DNA from: Adineta vaga | Lineage: Eukaryota; Animalia; Rotifera | Direction of reading: 5' to 3' | DNA length: 64,000 nt | Assembly: GCA_021613535.1 (NCBI GenBank) | Contig: CP075494.1 | Coordinates: forward strand, 5,890,001 to 5,954,000 | Shown here: positions 1-12,917 of the stretch, piece by piece | Position numbering within the stretch: the stretch's first letter is position 1 | Layout of the letters: each line of letters begins with the position of its first letter | Made by a program: the position numbers and the translations under genes | The notes under the pieces: generated by a model | Databases searched by the model: none | The model's input: only the letters and a program-made list of their open reading frames with translations | Told to the model about the DNA's origin: nothing

Positions 1-370
1 AAATTTCTCTTCCACTCAACAATATATTCTAACGTTTGTCATTGATTTCTTTAGTGAAACTATATTGTTTGTGAACTAGAAATGAACAAATCTTTTTACA
101 GATGTAAAAGACATTTCAATGACACAATATTTTAGAAATAATTGGCAACAATTAGTCATGTAACAACAGCTTTTCATCTCTTTCTATAATTTACTTTCTC
201 TCTATTGTATGAAAGATACATCGAACAGTTTAGACTGAATATACATTTAAACAATTTTTTTTTTCATAAAGAAATGTTTGAATGATGTGTTTTAGTCTTC
301 CTTTATTTGAGTATTACTGTTATCTACCAAAGCATATAACATCACACATAAACACACCGTTACAATTCGA

Positions 371-1159
371 TCAAAATCTTTTCATGCACACAGGCATCAA
401 AGGACATGGTGGTCGTCCTGGAAAATGTGCGCATGGAGCTGGAAGTGGTCGACATGCTTCACCTGGAGGACACACTTTTCCTTCGCAAGGATCACGATTA
501 CATTGACAAACACGACAACCACCATCAATAGCCAAACCATATGAACATTGTAAAGTGCAATTTGAAATATCTTCACATGGTTGAACACAATAACTTACAG
601 GTGTATCTAAGAAATTGAAATTATTTGTTGGAGCTTGACAACATTTTTCTTCTCCAGGACATAATCGATCTGGACCTTGACATTGTCGTAGACCACTTCC
701 CATCGTTGGCCAATACTCAGGACAATTTTTTGGTTTTGGAGTTGGATCAACATGAATAGATGGATCATAGATACAACCAGTGGTTTTACCACATCTGCCT
801 GGAATAGCACATGGTTCATAATCTTTTACAATACATTTAGTTCCTAAAGGACATGTATCTGATAAACATGGATCTGGTGCACATTCACATGTTGTACATG
901 GTGATGGATCGACTTTTAAACCGAATGGACATTGAATAGTACATGGTTGAGTAAATTCCGGACAAGAACTGAAACAATTCATACCATTAGTCAATGGACA
1001 ACATTTATAATCATCTGGACAAGGACTATCATCTCCTTCAGATGTACATGGAAGTCCACTAAAAGCATACTGAGCAGATGGACATCGACCATTTCGTGTT
1101 ATTCCAAAGGTGACTGTATTTATTGATAAAACAGTTAGAAGTAGTAAAAGTAATTTCAT
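371..1159 (-). CDS. Secreted cysteine-rich protein with WAP/antistasin-like repeats (putative protease inhibitor)
   Basis: Intronless 262 aa ORF with an N-terminal signal peptide. It has two tandem modules, each with a CP..CC WAP-like block, a CTxQCxxGL..D..C..C.C antistasin-like block and a DPC...CP.G..C block. Confidence 0.75.
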   Translation of the reverse strand: MKLLLLLLTVLSINTVTFGITRNGRCPSAQYAFSGLPCTSEGDDSPCPDDYKCCPLTNGMNCFSSCPEFTQPCTIQCPFGLKVDPSPCTTCECAPDPCLSDTCPLGTKCIVKDYEPCAIPGRCGKTTGCIYDPSIHVDPTPKPKNCPEYWPTMGSGLRQCQGPDRLCPGEEKCCQAPTNNFNFLDTPVSYCVQPCEDISNCTLQCSYGLAIDGGCRVCQCNRDPCEGKVCPPGEACRPLPAPCAHFPGRPPCPLMPVCMKRF

Positions 1160-1912
1160 TCTTGCGTCTTACTTTAGCGATTAGAAAATATAGTATTAAA
1201 AGCTTTGAAAACAGATCGTTTAAATATTTCTAATGTAAATCTGCAAAGCAATGAGAAGAACGAAGAAAATATTTGCATTTTGTTTATCGGAATGAAGTAG
1301 TATGGTGGGGTGGGTGAGGTCGTATCAGATTTAACGACCGATAAAAATAATCTATTAAAGTCACATTAAAAATCATACAATATTATTCTTTCGACTTTTA
1401 ATCATTTCTATTGGTATTTGACTTATTTTTTATTGTGATATGCTGTTATATAAAGGCATCATTTCATTGATATTGACTTTTATTCTGAAATTTCTGAATT
1501 TTGAATAAATTGATTGAAAATTCGATATGATAAAATGAAGTCAACAAATCTAGCTCATTTTTTTCATTATTATGTTTGAATGTAATTATCTTTTATTAAC
1601 ATTATCATATTCCGACTAATATACGACGTTCTTTGCTAATCAAATGTAAATTTGAAAGTTCTACTGTCGTTGATAAGTTGAAAAAATTCAAGGTTTTATT
1701 GATAGCAATATTACGTTGTTAGATATTTGACACAATCGAAATACTTTTCTATATTGTTGATAAGTTTTTGCGTTTATCCTAGAATCATCATTTTAACTAA
1801 AAACGAAAATCCTTCAGGTGGTATTATTCTCATTCCATGTGATTTCTGTGTTGTAAGGGGTGTATGCGTGTGTTTGTTCTCATCACAGAGTTAGTTGAGA
1901 AAGTCAAGAGTG

Positions 1913-3726
1913 ATGCACAATATAGGATTGAGTTATACTCTTTTACTGCTGGTTATTGCTTTCCCTATAGTTCATGGTAGCTTCGATAGAGGTGTAAATG
2001 GTGGTGTAGATTGTGCAACTTGTACAATTATTGTTGGTGTTGTTGAACATTTGTCAATTCTTTATAATGAAAGTATTGTTTCATCACTTGAACGATTTTG
2101 TAATTATATGCCCAGTCCATTCAAACTATATTGTAAAGAAGCAGTCGAATTTTTAGGTATGCTTTCTGTATGATAGAATGCTTTGAAGCAAACGACCGAA
2201 ATCAATTATTTAGGCCCCATTATTGTCGATGGTTTTCTAAACAAGGAAACACCTGATGTTATTTGTCATGCATTGAAAATCTGTACAGATGATGCAGGTC
2301 AACCTGAATGTCGTTTATTTCCAAAGAAATCAGCATCACCATTATCAATTGCTCAACGTGGATTGAATCTTCGTCATCGTCATCGATCACTTCTCTCTCT
2401 ATCCGATTCGAAAGCATGTACACTACCTGGCATTCGAGAAATTTGTAAAATTCTCGAAAATGTTTTTAATAATCACATACCGCTTATGGATTTTGATGGT
2501 GATCATTTCGGAACAGAATCATCATTACGTGGTAGTTCATGGCGTGGAAAAGATTGTAATGATTTTTCACGAAATATTCGTCCTGGTGCACGTTCAGTAA
2601 AAGGTGATCCTGTATTAGATCAGAATTGCAATGGTATATTCGGTCTGGATTCTGCAACTGGGCGACCATGGGAAGAAGAATTTTGTAATGATACACAACG
2701 ACTTGGTATTGCAGTATTAGGAGACTCAATTTCTGCTCATTTTCATATACCTGAACAATGGCTTGATGCTCGACAATTATCAGTTGAAGTATTTGAGCAT
2801 TTATTATTTATTCTTGAGAATGAAATAGATTGGCCTCAATTATCAGGTGTTACAGGTCACATCAACATTACGTGGCCAAATGTAGAAGGTAAAAGGAACG
2901 TTTTATTGAATATTTTCATCTAACTATCTAATTTAAAGGTCCAACTCGTTCACTCTATTCTCGTCTATTTGATCTTGATCATTGTAATCATCGTGATTAT
3001 CAAAATATTGCTGTAAATGGAGCAAATAGTAAATCGATTCTTACGATCGCAAAATCACTAACACGTGATCAACAAAATGATGTACCTCTACTTGTCATTT
3101 ATTCCTTAGTTGGTAATGATGTTTGTAATGGTCATGAAGACACCATCGCACATATGACTACTGTTGAAGAAATGTTAAATAATACATTAAATGGTTTAGC
3201 CTATATTGATACTGTTCTACCGAAAGGTAGTCATGTTTTAACAACTGGTCTAGCAAACGGTAGTCTTCTCTATCAACTTCTTCATGATCGTATTCATCCA
3301 TTAGGGCATGTCGGTACACCCATAACTTATACACAGGTGTATTCTTATTTAACCTGTCTACAAATTTCTCCATGCAATGGATGGTTATCATCGAATGAAA
3401 CACTTCGTGACCTCACGACACAACGTGCAGTAGATTTATCAGCAGCAGTACGTAATGCAACATATACATATTTACCACGTAACTTTGATGTTGCTTATCT
3501 TGATTTTCCATTTGAACAAGCTATTAAAGAATGGGAAGCACAAGGTGGTGAAGCTTGGCAATTAATCGAAGGTGTAGATGGATTTCATATAAATCAATAT
3601 GGTCATGGCATTACTTCCGATGTTCTTTGGGCATGGTTACAAGAAAATAAACCCCACTGGTTACCATCAGTCAATCCACATAATGTTGATATTGAAAGAG
3701 TATTTAAAGATCAAGGTGGTTATTAG
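1913..3726 (+). CDS. AOAH: Acyloxyacyl hydrolase (saposin-B domain + SGNH/GDSL lipase), 3 exons
   Basis: Signal peptide, then saposin-like CATCTIIVG..FCNY..YC. Motifs LRGSSWRGKDCND, LGDSISAHF (catalytic Ser), CNHRDYQNIAVNGA, GNDVC and DGFH. Introns 2157-2213 and 2889-2938 join the three ORF-track pieces in frame. Confidence 0.93.
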
Positions 3727-4479
3727 AGAGAGTGAAATTATTGTCTAACTTCTTTTTATAATAATACTCATCTTCAATGAATAAAGAAAGATCATTTTAG
3801 AAACGTTTTAGCAGTTTTGTTTTTTCTCTTTTTTTAAAGGACACTTGGACAACTGAGTATGCGTTTACATTTATATTTATCATTTTACATTAGAAATGTA
3901 CGAGTTACTCATGTATATAGCTAATAGTTAGTGGAGTCAGTATTATACTACTACTTTCATCTATTGTTCATATCATACTTGTGACTGACAGAACGGAAAA
4001 GTGACAATATATCTTATTCAAAACAACTCGCTTATCTGCAAGTAATTTCATATTTGTACGATGGTCTGTGTGACAAACAATGATATTATCTGACATTGGC
4101 ATCGCTTTATGAAATGTCAGCCTTGTATATATATAAAGCATACATAACTATCTGGTTTTATTTTCTTCGTTGTATGCATCGTTATCTGTGATATCGCCTT
4201 TTGAATTACACGATCAAATATCTACAGCAAGAAAAAAAAAGGAGAAAAGCACAAAGACACCAAACATAGATACATAGATCACCTATTATATCATACGTCT
4301 ATACATGGTAAGATGATGATTTAAATGAAGCGTGTATGGATTGTGTTTTTTTTATATTGGTGATCGTTATTATCGTCACTTGATCTCGTATTTCGGTTCG
4401 TTTATTGGTTTTTTTCTCAACATTCTAAGAAAAGTATCATTTCATATAATATCTATCTATCGATACGTAATCTATATCA

Positions 4480-4993
4480 ATGCTTTGGTGGTATATTCTT
4501 TTTTGCATTATTACAATTCAAAAGAGTAAGATATTATTGATAATTTTCTTAATATTTTTCTGTTTCTTCCTTTCTTTTTTCAGTTACTCATTTTGTTCAT
4601 TCACAAACAGATACTGATAACGGTGAAGCAACAACAGCCACACCCATCTCTACTACTAAAATCAATGATGAACAGCAACGAATTCCGTTCCATTCGTTGC
4701 TTATATCAAACTTAACAGCTAGAAATGATATTAGTAATGTAAGTGAACAAAATATTGATACAATTAATTCTAATGAACCATCCAAACAACGTATTATTGT
4801 TGCACTGGCTGTTTTATGCGCTGCTCTTTTTGTTTTACTTGGTTTTCTCATTTCAATCGTTGTTTGCCAATGGTTAGAACATGATAAGAATGCAAATGAT
4901 CTTGACGTTGAAAAAATAAAATCCCAGCCAAATTTTATTGGTTCATCAGACAATCATCACGAACATGCTTATCGGCAAACAGTGAAACTATAG
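4480..4993 (+). CDS. Small single-pass type I membrane protein of unknown function, 2 exons
   Basis: ATG 4480 encodes a signal-like MLWWYILFCIITIQK. GT-AG intron 4526-4583 splices in frame into a Thr/Ser-rich ectodomain, a TM helix IIVALAVLCAALFVLLGFLISIVVC and a short tail. Confidence 0.65.
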
Positions 4994-6471
4994 ACAATAG
5001 AATGTACAATTCATAAATTTTTCTGACTATTGTGTGTTACAATAATGCATTGTATATAGATAACGATAGATATGGAGAATCTATAAAATATATACAACTT
5101 ACTGCTTACATTACATTCTTACTCTTTTTTAGATTTTTTTTAAACGTACAATAGTGCGTAAAACGTAAAGATTATAATGATATTGTTCTTTCTACATCAT
5201 TCTTGACTTAACTGTATATGATAATAAATTCTATTTCACAATCGAAATAGTCTTTATATAATTTATTCACATGTATCTGTGGAGAAAATTTAATGGCAGC
5301 TTTTTCTGTAATCACTCGACGTTTATAAGATGAAAAGAATCGTAACAAACATAGTCTGTACGTATCTTGAGGGTGGATGTGTGTGCTATATTCTGTATAT
5401 ATAAATATCATTGTAATTTCAGATAGTTTTCTTGCCGTTATCGAATTGTAAACAGACAGTTAATGAACTGCTTTATGAATTTTTTTTCTTATATAAAATC
5501 AGTTGAGAATACTTATATCTTCATTGATAGTAGTGTATCTTATGTAACAGGAAATAAGATGTAAATTTTTCTCTTCCTATCCACTGTGTTATTCATAAGG
5601 GAAAACGGTATGTTATAGGAATTGATGTATTGGAAATTACATCAACTTTCTTTAATATCCAAGAATTAATTAGCTGTATATTAATATCTGAATCGTTCGA
5701 ACATAGTATAAGTTCTTCTCATAATATTACTTTTCACACTTTGTATATCCCTTAGAGTCAGAGATCATATCTATATCAGCTTGTTTTTGTTGTTGTTCTT
5801 TTTCTATCTCATCAAACTACGCAGTCGTATAATCAATATATATCTATAAAGTTCATCTATTTAACAATACAATTCTAAAATACTTGTTATCATCGATAAT
5901 GGAGCGAGGGAATTATTTGTAAAGATTTTATCGAATTTTTGCAAGATCCGTTTAGTCGATAGAACTCATCTATGAAAGTTCTCATAGTTTTGGGATGAAT
6001 TTCACTCTAAGGATACATCAACAGTTCATTATCTGAATTCTCTACCGAATCATATTGAGTACTATTGGATACTGATGAGACTTTGTAGATATACAGATAT
6101 TATCCGATAAGATCATCTATTCTCGGATCAATTACCATATAACTTATGATCATATTCAAATTATAATTATAAAAAATATTTCATTATATATTGTTATTGT
6201 TGTTGTGATCCGTTGACAGAGGATATTATCTATATTATTAAACATCATTTATCATCTTTGATACATATTTTACTTTTCGAAAAAAAAAACAAAATCAAAA
6301 ACATTCATAAACACATAGACATATACGGAAAAAGAGAAACTGGAATGAGACGACAAAGAAAGAAAAGAAAAGAAAAAAAAGATATAAGAACGACTAGAAG
6401 AACATTTCTACATATATAATCATTTCACTTGAGAATAATTATTGACTATATGGAATAAAACTCGATTGATG

Positions 6472-8073
6472 TTATGCAGTATTTTCTAGCATAAGTAATG
6501 TAAGTAAAACAGGTAATATGTGTTCATAATGTTCGATAGGCGTACCTTGTAATTTGATGTATGAATTTCGACTTAAATATTCATATAAAGTAAGAAATTC
6601 TACTAAACCAAGTGTTTCTTCTAAATATTTTCTTAGAAGATTTATTTTTGATTGTCGTGAAGACTTTAAATGTGCAGCAGAATAAAGTGCATGAAATGTA
6701 TCATTGGACGTTAATTTACGTTTATTATTTAATGAAATTCCTATTGGTGATGGAATATCATCTTGATGATTTTCTGATGGTTGAAGTGGAAGAATTATAT
6801 CAGCTGGTTTAATTATAACTGAAGATGAATTTGGTACAACAGATTCTCGTTTCATTTTCTTTGCTGAATGTGTTGATGATAAGTCAAGTAATTCAGAATT
6901 CGTTGATGGTATCAATAAACCTTTTATTTTACCTTTTCGTAAACTCATACACGAAAATTTGCCTTGTATACCAGCTTTTTGCATTGATTGTTGAATCAAT
7001 AAATCTAATCTATGACGTCCAGCACGTATAGTTTTATACCAAACACGTTGATCTGTGGATGTTCGTGGTACAAGATAGAATGGTGCATCTGAATTTGAAC
7101 ATTGTGTTGGTCGATGATAGATCATAAGACGTAAACTAGCAACAGGACATTGATTTGGTTGCGATGGTGTTGCATATGCACGTAAATTTGCTGTTGAACG
7201 TTTATATTCAATATATTCATTGGATGTTGTTGGATCAGTTTTTATTTCTAAATCACCCCATAATAATGAACGATTTATTGTTGATTCATTGCCACGTTGA
7301 TCAAAATATTTTGAATTATTAATTAATAATTCGAGTAATAAACCATCTGGTGTATCACGTGTAATAATATTCATTTGACGAAGTGATATTTCGTGTTCTG
7401 ATGTAAATGCTTCAACTTTTGAATTACTGATATTTTTCGTTGGTTTAGCCCATGTATCACGTTTTTCTTGAATAACTTCTCTACATGATGCAAAAACAGG
7501 TGATTCAAGAATATTATATGAATATTGACGAGATTTTAGATAACGTTCAATTGATAACATAAAACTTCGTAATGTATCAGGTTCATATTCTGTATTATCA
7601 GCTTTACGAACATTACCAAAATAATGTTTCAAATATGTACATAATTGTTCAGGTTTCAGTTCATCAATAGGACATTTTTCATTAAATGTATCTTCTAAAT
7701 ATAATGCAAAACGTCGAACTTCATGTTTAGTTTTACGTATTGTATTATAAGAATTAGTTCCCGAACAAATTAAGAAACGATTGGAATCCATACGTTGATT
7801 TGCTAAACGTGATAAACGTGCAGCAGCTGCTGCTGATGAGATCGGTTTAGTTGTTGATGATCGTTGATCATCTTTAACTGTTTCTTCTTCTTCTTCTTCT
7901 TCTTCTTCTTCGCCACTGGTTACAGGTGAAGATTCTTCGTCAAGTTGTAATTCATTTTCATTTTCATCTTCATCTTCTTCAGGTTCATCATTTCCATTTG
8001 TAACATTCATTTCATCTGCATCAGCACCAAATAATTTTATCATTTGATGAAAATCAGCCAAAGATGTAGCCAT
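6472..8073 (-). CDS. DUF3504 (Crypton tyrosine-recombinase-derived, ZMYM/QRICH1/KCTD1-like) protein with acidic N-terminus
   Basis: Motifs YEPDTLRSFMLSIERYLK, LLWGDLEI, CPVASL..MIYHRP..APFYL and VWYK..AG...L..MQKAGIQGKFSCMSLRK are typical of Crypton-A/DUF3504 proteins. First ATG at 8073; intronless CDS. Confidence 0.8.
   Translation of the reverse strand: MATSLADFHQMIKLFGADADEMNVTNGNDEPEEDEDENENELQLDEESSPVTSGEEEEEEEEEETVKDDQRSSTTKPISSAAAAARLSRLANQRMDSNRFLICSGTNSYNTIRKTKHEVRRFALYLEDTFNEKCPIDELKPEQLCTYLKHYFGNVRKADNTEYEPDTLRSFMLSIERYLKSRQYSYNILESPVFASCREVIQEKRDTWAKPTKNISNSKVEAFTSEHEISLRQMNIITRDTPDGLLLELLINNSKYFDQRGNESTINRSLLWGDLEIKTDPTTSNEYIEYKRSTANLRAYATPSQPNQCPVASLRLMIYHRPTQCSNSDAPFYLVPRTSTDQRVWYKTIRAGRHRLDLLIQQSMQKAGIQGKFSCMSLRKGKIKGLLIPSTNSELLDLSSTHSAKKMKRESVVPNSSSVIIKPADIILPLQPSENHQDDIPSPIGISLNNKRKLTSNDTFHALYSAAHLKSSRQSKINLLRKYLEETLGLVEFLTLYEYLSRNSYIKLQGTPIEHYEHILPVLLTLLMLENTA
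7881..7910. repeat. (TTC)n microsatellite encoding poly-Glu in the DUF3504 protein
   Basis: Visible ttc repeat; EEEEEEEEE on the minus strand. Confidence 0.9.
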
Positions 8074-9546
8074 TGTTTTATATACAAATATACACTCACG
8101 CAAGTAAAATTAATCTAGAAGAAATGAGGAGACATGATATCTTGTGCATACAAATAAAGGTATCTCTCTCTTTCTCGTTAATACATTACGGTATTTACTC
8201 GACGAGACATAGGAATGACAATTTGCGTGATATAGACATGAGAATAAAGCTCATCCCTTTGTCCTTATTCAACGTCAATATGTGAAAAGAACAAAGATAA
8301 GATAAAAATTGGTTTTTCACTTGTATTATAACTGACCTTTTAAACTATTCGAAAGAATCATTAAGATAGGTATTTAAAGTTTGATATTCTCTGATCGGTT
8401 TTTTTCTGTACTATGTATACAAATGACACGCACACAGAGCGCACATTTTCTTTCGTTTGTTCTCTCTCTCTCGCAGTTTGTACCATCTGCTGACTGTGTC
8501 GAATGTATGCGGCTGGTGCTGCATATTAAATTTAGGTTAGAAGATATCTTGTTCTCATGTGTTTTGTTATTTTCTCTTACCCTGGACTATTTCTATATAT
8601 CACGTTCGGCTGAATGATAATGATGATGATGATGAACACGAAAGACTAGAACAAATATGCCGAACAAACAATTTAATAAGTCCTACCCTTATAAATATAG
8701 ATGACATTTTTACAACAGATACTCATGATATGACAATGATGATGAATGGTGGTTATCATCATCGTTTTCGATCTCTCGCTCTTTCTGGAAAAAAGACATC
8801 TAAATATATATAATACTATAAGAACTACAGTTCATTTTTTTACCCTATTCATATAAGCGGATAAAGGCTTCCTTAACTCCATCTTTTTTTTCATCAATGT
8901 TGATGGCTTATATATCTATCCATCTATATGTGTGTGTCTCTTAGTTCACAAAGAAAAAAGGCGAAGCAAAAAGAAAAAGATGAACATTTCTCATCTAGCA
9001 CATATCTCTATATCCATCTTTTGTCGATGTCGTTCACTACTATTCTCAGTCGATGCTGCCTCATATTTCTTCGTCGGTCGTCACATAGTCTATTTTTTTT
9101 GTGCCCGAGACAGAAAGTTCAGAAAAAAAACATAAAAAAGGGAGAGAGAGTCTATACCCATTGCTTTCCTTATGTCTGTCTTCGTCTCGTATCTTGAAGT
9201 AGTGAACACATACATTCAGTTTTTTCCCTCTTCTCTCGTCGTATATCATCAGAACGAACAAAAAAAACCTCATCGATGAAAAATGCTTGTGCGTTCACAC
9301 GCTCAAAAAAATGGGAAAAAGAAAGAAGAAGGATATACAACTGAATCGAGATTGGCAGCAGTAGTATTGGGATTAAATAGAAACAAGAGGACAAAAAAAA
9401 AGAGAACGTTCATATACATATACAATGTATACCTATGTCGTTTTTTTCTGATTCGATTCAAAGCGATAACAAAAGTAAATGAATGAAAAAGAAGAAAAGT
9501 AACAATCACCTTCGATTCTGACCAAATGTCAAATACAGAGATATCC

Positions 9547-9571
9547 TCTTCTTCTTCTTCTTCTTCTTCTT
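9547..9571. repeat. (TCT)n microsatellite
   Basis: Visible in the sequence. Confidence 0.85.
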
Positions 9572-10577
9572 TTTCTTTTTCTCTGATCGACTAGCAATGG
9601 TACTCGCTCGCACACGTTTACATCTATGTGTTACGAAACGAATGTAAACATGAAATCTAACGAAGAGGATACACCGCTTTCTGATGAGTACGAAATTTGA
9701 TCTATCGAATGATAACGAACGAACGAGTGATTTCTTCTATGTTCTTTCTCCCTCTGCTTCTCATTCAGTATAAAAAAAAGAAAGAAAAGAAAAACAGAAG
9801 AGATCCCTAGTCACTGATAATGATGGACGATATTCTATTTCTCTGTCGTTTTTTTAACGATGATTATAGGTCAACTGCGTGTCAACATCAAATTGCTGCA
9901 GTCTGCCTTCTTTTTTTGTCAAACAGATCATTCTTTTTCTCTCTTTCTCCGTTTTTTTCTTTCTTCTTTCAAGATATATGACATTATCGTGAGCGCAAAG
10001 CGTAAATATCGAACGACAATGTTCATTAACTCAGTGCCAAAGAACAGGAAGAAAGGGACATATATATATATATATATATATATGAAGATGTATTCTTCTC
10101 TTTACCTCTGTCCATATTTGTAACTGATGGCGCACGTAGTTTACCTTTTTCTCGTTCTCTAATTAATTGTATGTATACACAGTATCCTACTCAATCGTAG
10201 TAATACACTTGCTGTTTGTATATGCATTGCACATGTTGGATTGTAATAAAAAAAAATAGTAAAATGAAACTCTCATTTCTTCATTTACGTCTGCCTCGAT
10301 AGTCAGTCTCTATAGCAAACAATTTCAAATCAATGTACGCGCGATTCTGCAGCTACCAATACTATCAATAAGAAAGCAATGCACGAGTAAAAAATATATG
10401 GATATTGAAAGATTTTTTGTTCGTTTCTCTCTCTCTTTTTCTATCGACAAACTTTCATCCGACCAACAAATAGTAACACTCTCGGCTTTTTTTAACATTT
10501 TATACTATATGCAACTAACAACACTAGTTTAAACAAAAGAAGAAGTGTAATGTATATAAAAGAAAAAAAGTTTTCTT

Positions 10578-10579
<2 letters not shown>

Positions 10580-10608
<29 letters not shown>
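10580..10608. repeat. (TA)n microsatellite
   Basis: Visible in the sequence. Shorter (TA)n runs occur near 10060, 12796, 17790, 43092 and 62392. Confidence 0.9.
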
Positions 10609-10611
<3 letters not shown>

Positions 10612-11053
10612 CAATCGTCTATCACACACATAGACGATATTCCGGGATTTGCCCTCAAGGCAATGTTGATTCTGGAAAAATGTATCGACAATTAGTCGAG
10701 CGAACAAGATAGAACGACTGCTGTCTATTGCAGGTGTAAGCAGATGGCAGACGATCATGAAAGATGAATGAAGGTGGATATAAGTATATATACATGTATA
10801 CATGTCTATTCAGCAAATAAGCTCAAGCGGAGAGGATAGGTGTTCAATAAAACAAAGAAAAAAGTGATGCCTTAGAGGCATACATCTCACTGAAGAAAAA
10901 GACGTAAAAAAGATGATAATATGAATAGCGCATAAAATAGTTCTTTCTCTCACATTCTGTCGGCTAATATTTGACTCGCCTCTCGTTCATTTCTTTCTCT
11001 TTTTTTTATTGCAACACACTATCACCTCCAATATGACATACGGAAAAATGAAG

Positions 11054-11076
11054 AGAAGAAGAAGAAGAAGAAGAAG
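11054..11076. repeat. (GAA)n microsatellite
   Basis: Visible in the sequence. Confidence 0.85.
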
Positions 11077-12229
11077 TAAGAGAGAGGCCACTTAATTATG
11101 GACGATGTTTACAATGGTATGTAATATTCGAGAAGGAGAAGAAAAGTTGTAAGAAAATCAAGACAGCATCAAATTAAAAATAAAAGTCAGGACACTCAGA
11201 CTATAAATGCACTTTTAGTGTTGGCGATAACAAATAATTTATTTTCAATAAATAAAGGTAAAAAATGGAATGATTTAACAAACGATACTTAAAATCATTC
11301 ATGTTATATTTTAACAATCTAGAGAATTGCCATTGATAAATAAATAAAACCTTGTGTTTAAATACGATTTACTTCTCTCTCTCTCTCGTTTTAACGATAA
11401 TGAATTATATTCAAATAGGAAAGTTTTACTCAAAGAAGAAATCTTTTCATTGCCAAATACTTCTCATTATATTATGTTCATTCGTTTTATATTAAAAACC
11501 ATTCTCGATACAATAACTTCATTTCGAACTATTTCCGATCGATTTTATATTTTTCTTTAACGTCACTAGTTTAGATTATTTCCAAACATGACTATTATTT
11601 TGTTAAAAAAAATAAATATATCAATCTCGTAGGAATGAAACTTACTGAATAACCTACAAAATAGAGATATTATATCTCAATCATAAAATGTTCAAATCCG
11701 TTTGGTCGTTTGAATAACATGTCATAAATTTAGATAGTTAGATTACAATAATCATCAATATCTCCTACAGTTTTTATTTCCAAATGATTATGTAACATAG
11801 TTATTATTTGAATAGAATAATTGATCAATTACCTTGACAACAAACGAGACTATATGAACATTTTTCTATCGATTCCAATTAAGAAATCATTCGTTTTGCA
11901 AATTCTCTTAGTGAATAACTGAATGTAAATAATCAACTAATGTTATATTCGTGTAAGTTTGTCTACTGATTTTGTTTTGAATGAAAGAAAAAAGATAATG
12001 GTTGGGAGTAGTCATTAAATCGATGATAATTAGTATCCATCCTCCACGCCAGAGACAAACATGTAGTGTTCTATTGATCGAATGCGTGATGACACATTTC
12101 CTACATGCGTGTGGACGTCTATTTACAATCGGCTCACCTGTAAACGGACAGCGCTCGTGTAAATATTCACGTTCATTTAGTCAATTTTATTATCAAAACG
12201 ATGTTCTATAACACATATGACATGATGCA

Positions 12230-12724
12230 ATGTTGTTTCTAAAATCGATTTTCTTCTTCGTTATATTTTATATCTATAAAATTTCATCTGAATGTGAATC
12301 AAATGCAACATTATGGACTTATTATCCTTGTTCATTTATCATTTCACCATCGTCATTCTACTGTTCACATGTATCAATTATTGCATCCATTGATCAATGT
12401 TCCGATAGAGAAATGATTTTCTTCTGGCATTTTCCATTTGGTAATATGACACTAACTCTTCAATCCGATAAGAATCAACCATTTTTATTACGTTTATCAA
12501 GAACATCATTATTATCGAATAAATTAATTAAACATGTTTATCATTTGATTAATAATCGAACATTGGAAGAAGAAATGATTTATAACAATCATGCCAATGG
12601 ATTGATTACACTTTATTCAGATAAATATAATCAATGTTCAATGAAATTTCAAAGTATAAATGAAAATATTTACAATTATGGTACATTTATTCGAATGACT
12701 GCTTTAGTCGATAAGACTAATTGA
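12230..12724 (+). CDS. Small putative secreted protein of unknown function (164 aa)
   Basis: Intronless ATG ORF with a hydrophobic N-terminus, several Cys and a beta-rich pattern. No family recognised. Confidence 0.6.
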   Translation: MLFLKSIFFFVIFYIYKISSECESNATLWTYYPCSFIISPSSFYCSHVSIIASIDQCSDREMIFFWHFPFGNMTLTLQSDKNQPFLLRLSRTSLLSNKLIKHVYHLINNRTLEEEMIYNNHANGLITLYSDKYNQCSMKFQSINENIYNYGTFIRMTALVDKTN

Positions 12725-12917
12725 ATTTATGTAAAAACATAATTGTTTTTTTGTTTCTCTTTGAACAGTAAAATTCTTCTCGAAAAAAAATGACATATAT
12801 ATATATATATATATGTATACTTCAAATATTAATGTGAAGGATCGAAGATGATCAATCGATCGATGAATCTTTATTTATAAACTGAAAACAAACACACGTA
12901 ATAACAAGAAAACTATG

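Noticed and set aside
6472-8103. Active Crypton transposon
   Set aside because: Catalytic residues are degenerate and no terminal repeats were seen, so it is treated as domesticated.
11180-11230. miR-277-like TAAATGCACT seed
   Set aside because: Only ~10 nt match and no convincing precursor hairpin.
8073-11560. Numerous 60-90 aa ORFs in the track
   Set aside because: Low-complexity K/F/I/Y-rich translations of microsatellite DNA, many with non-ATG starts and no motifs.
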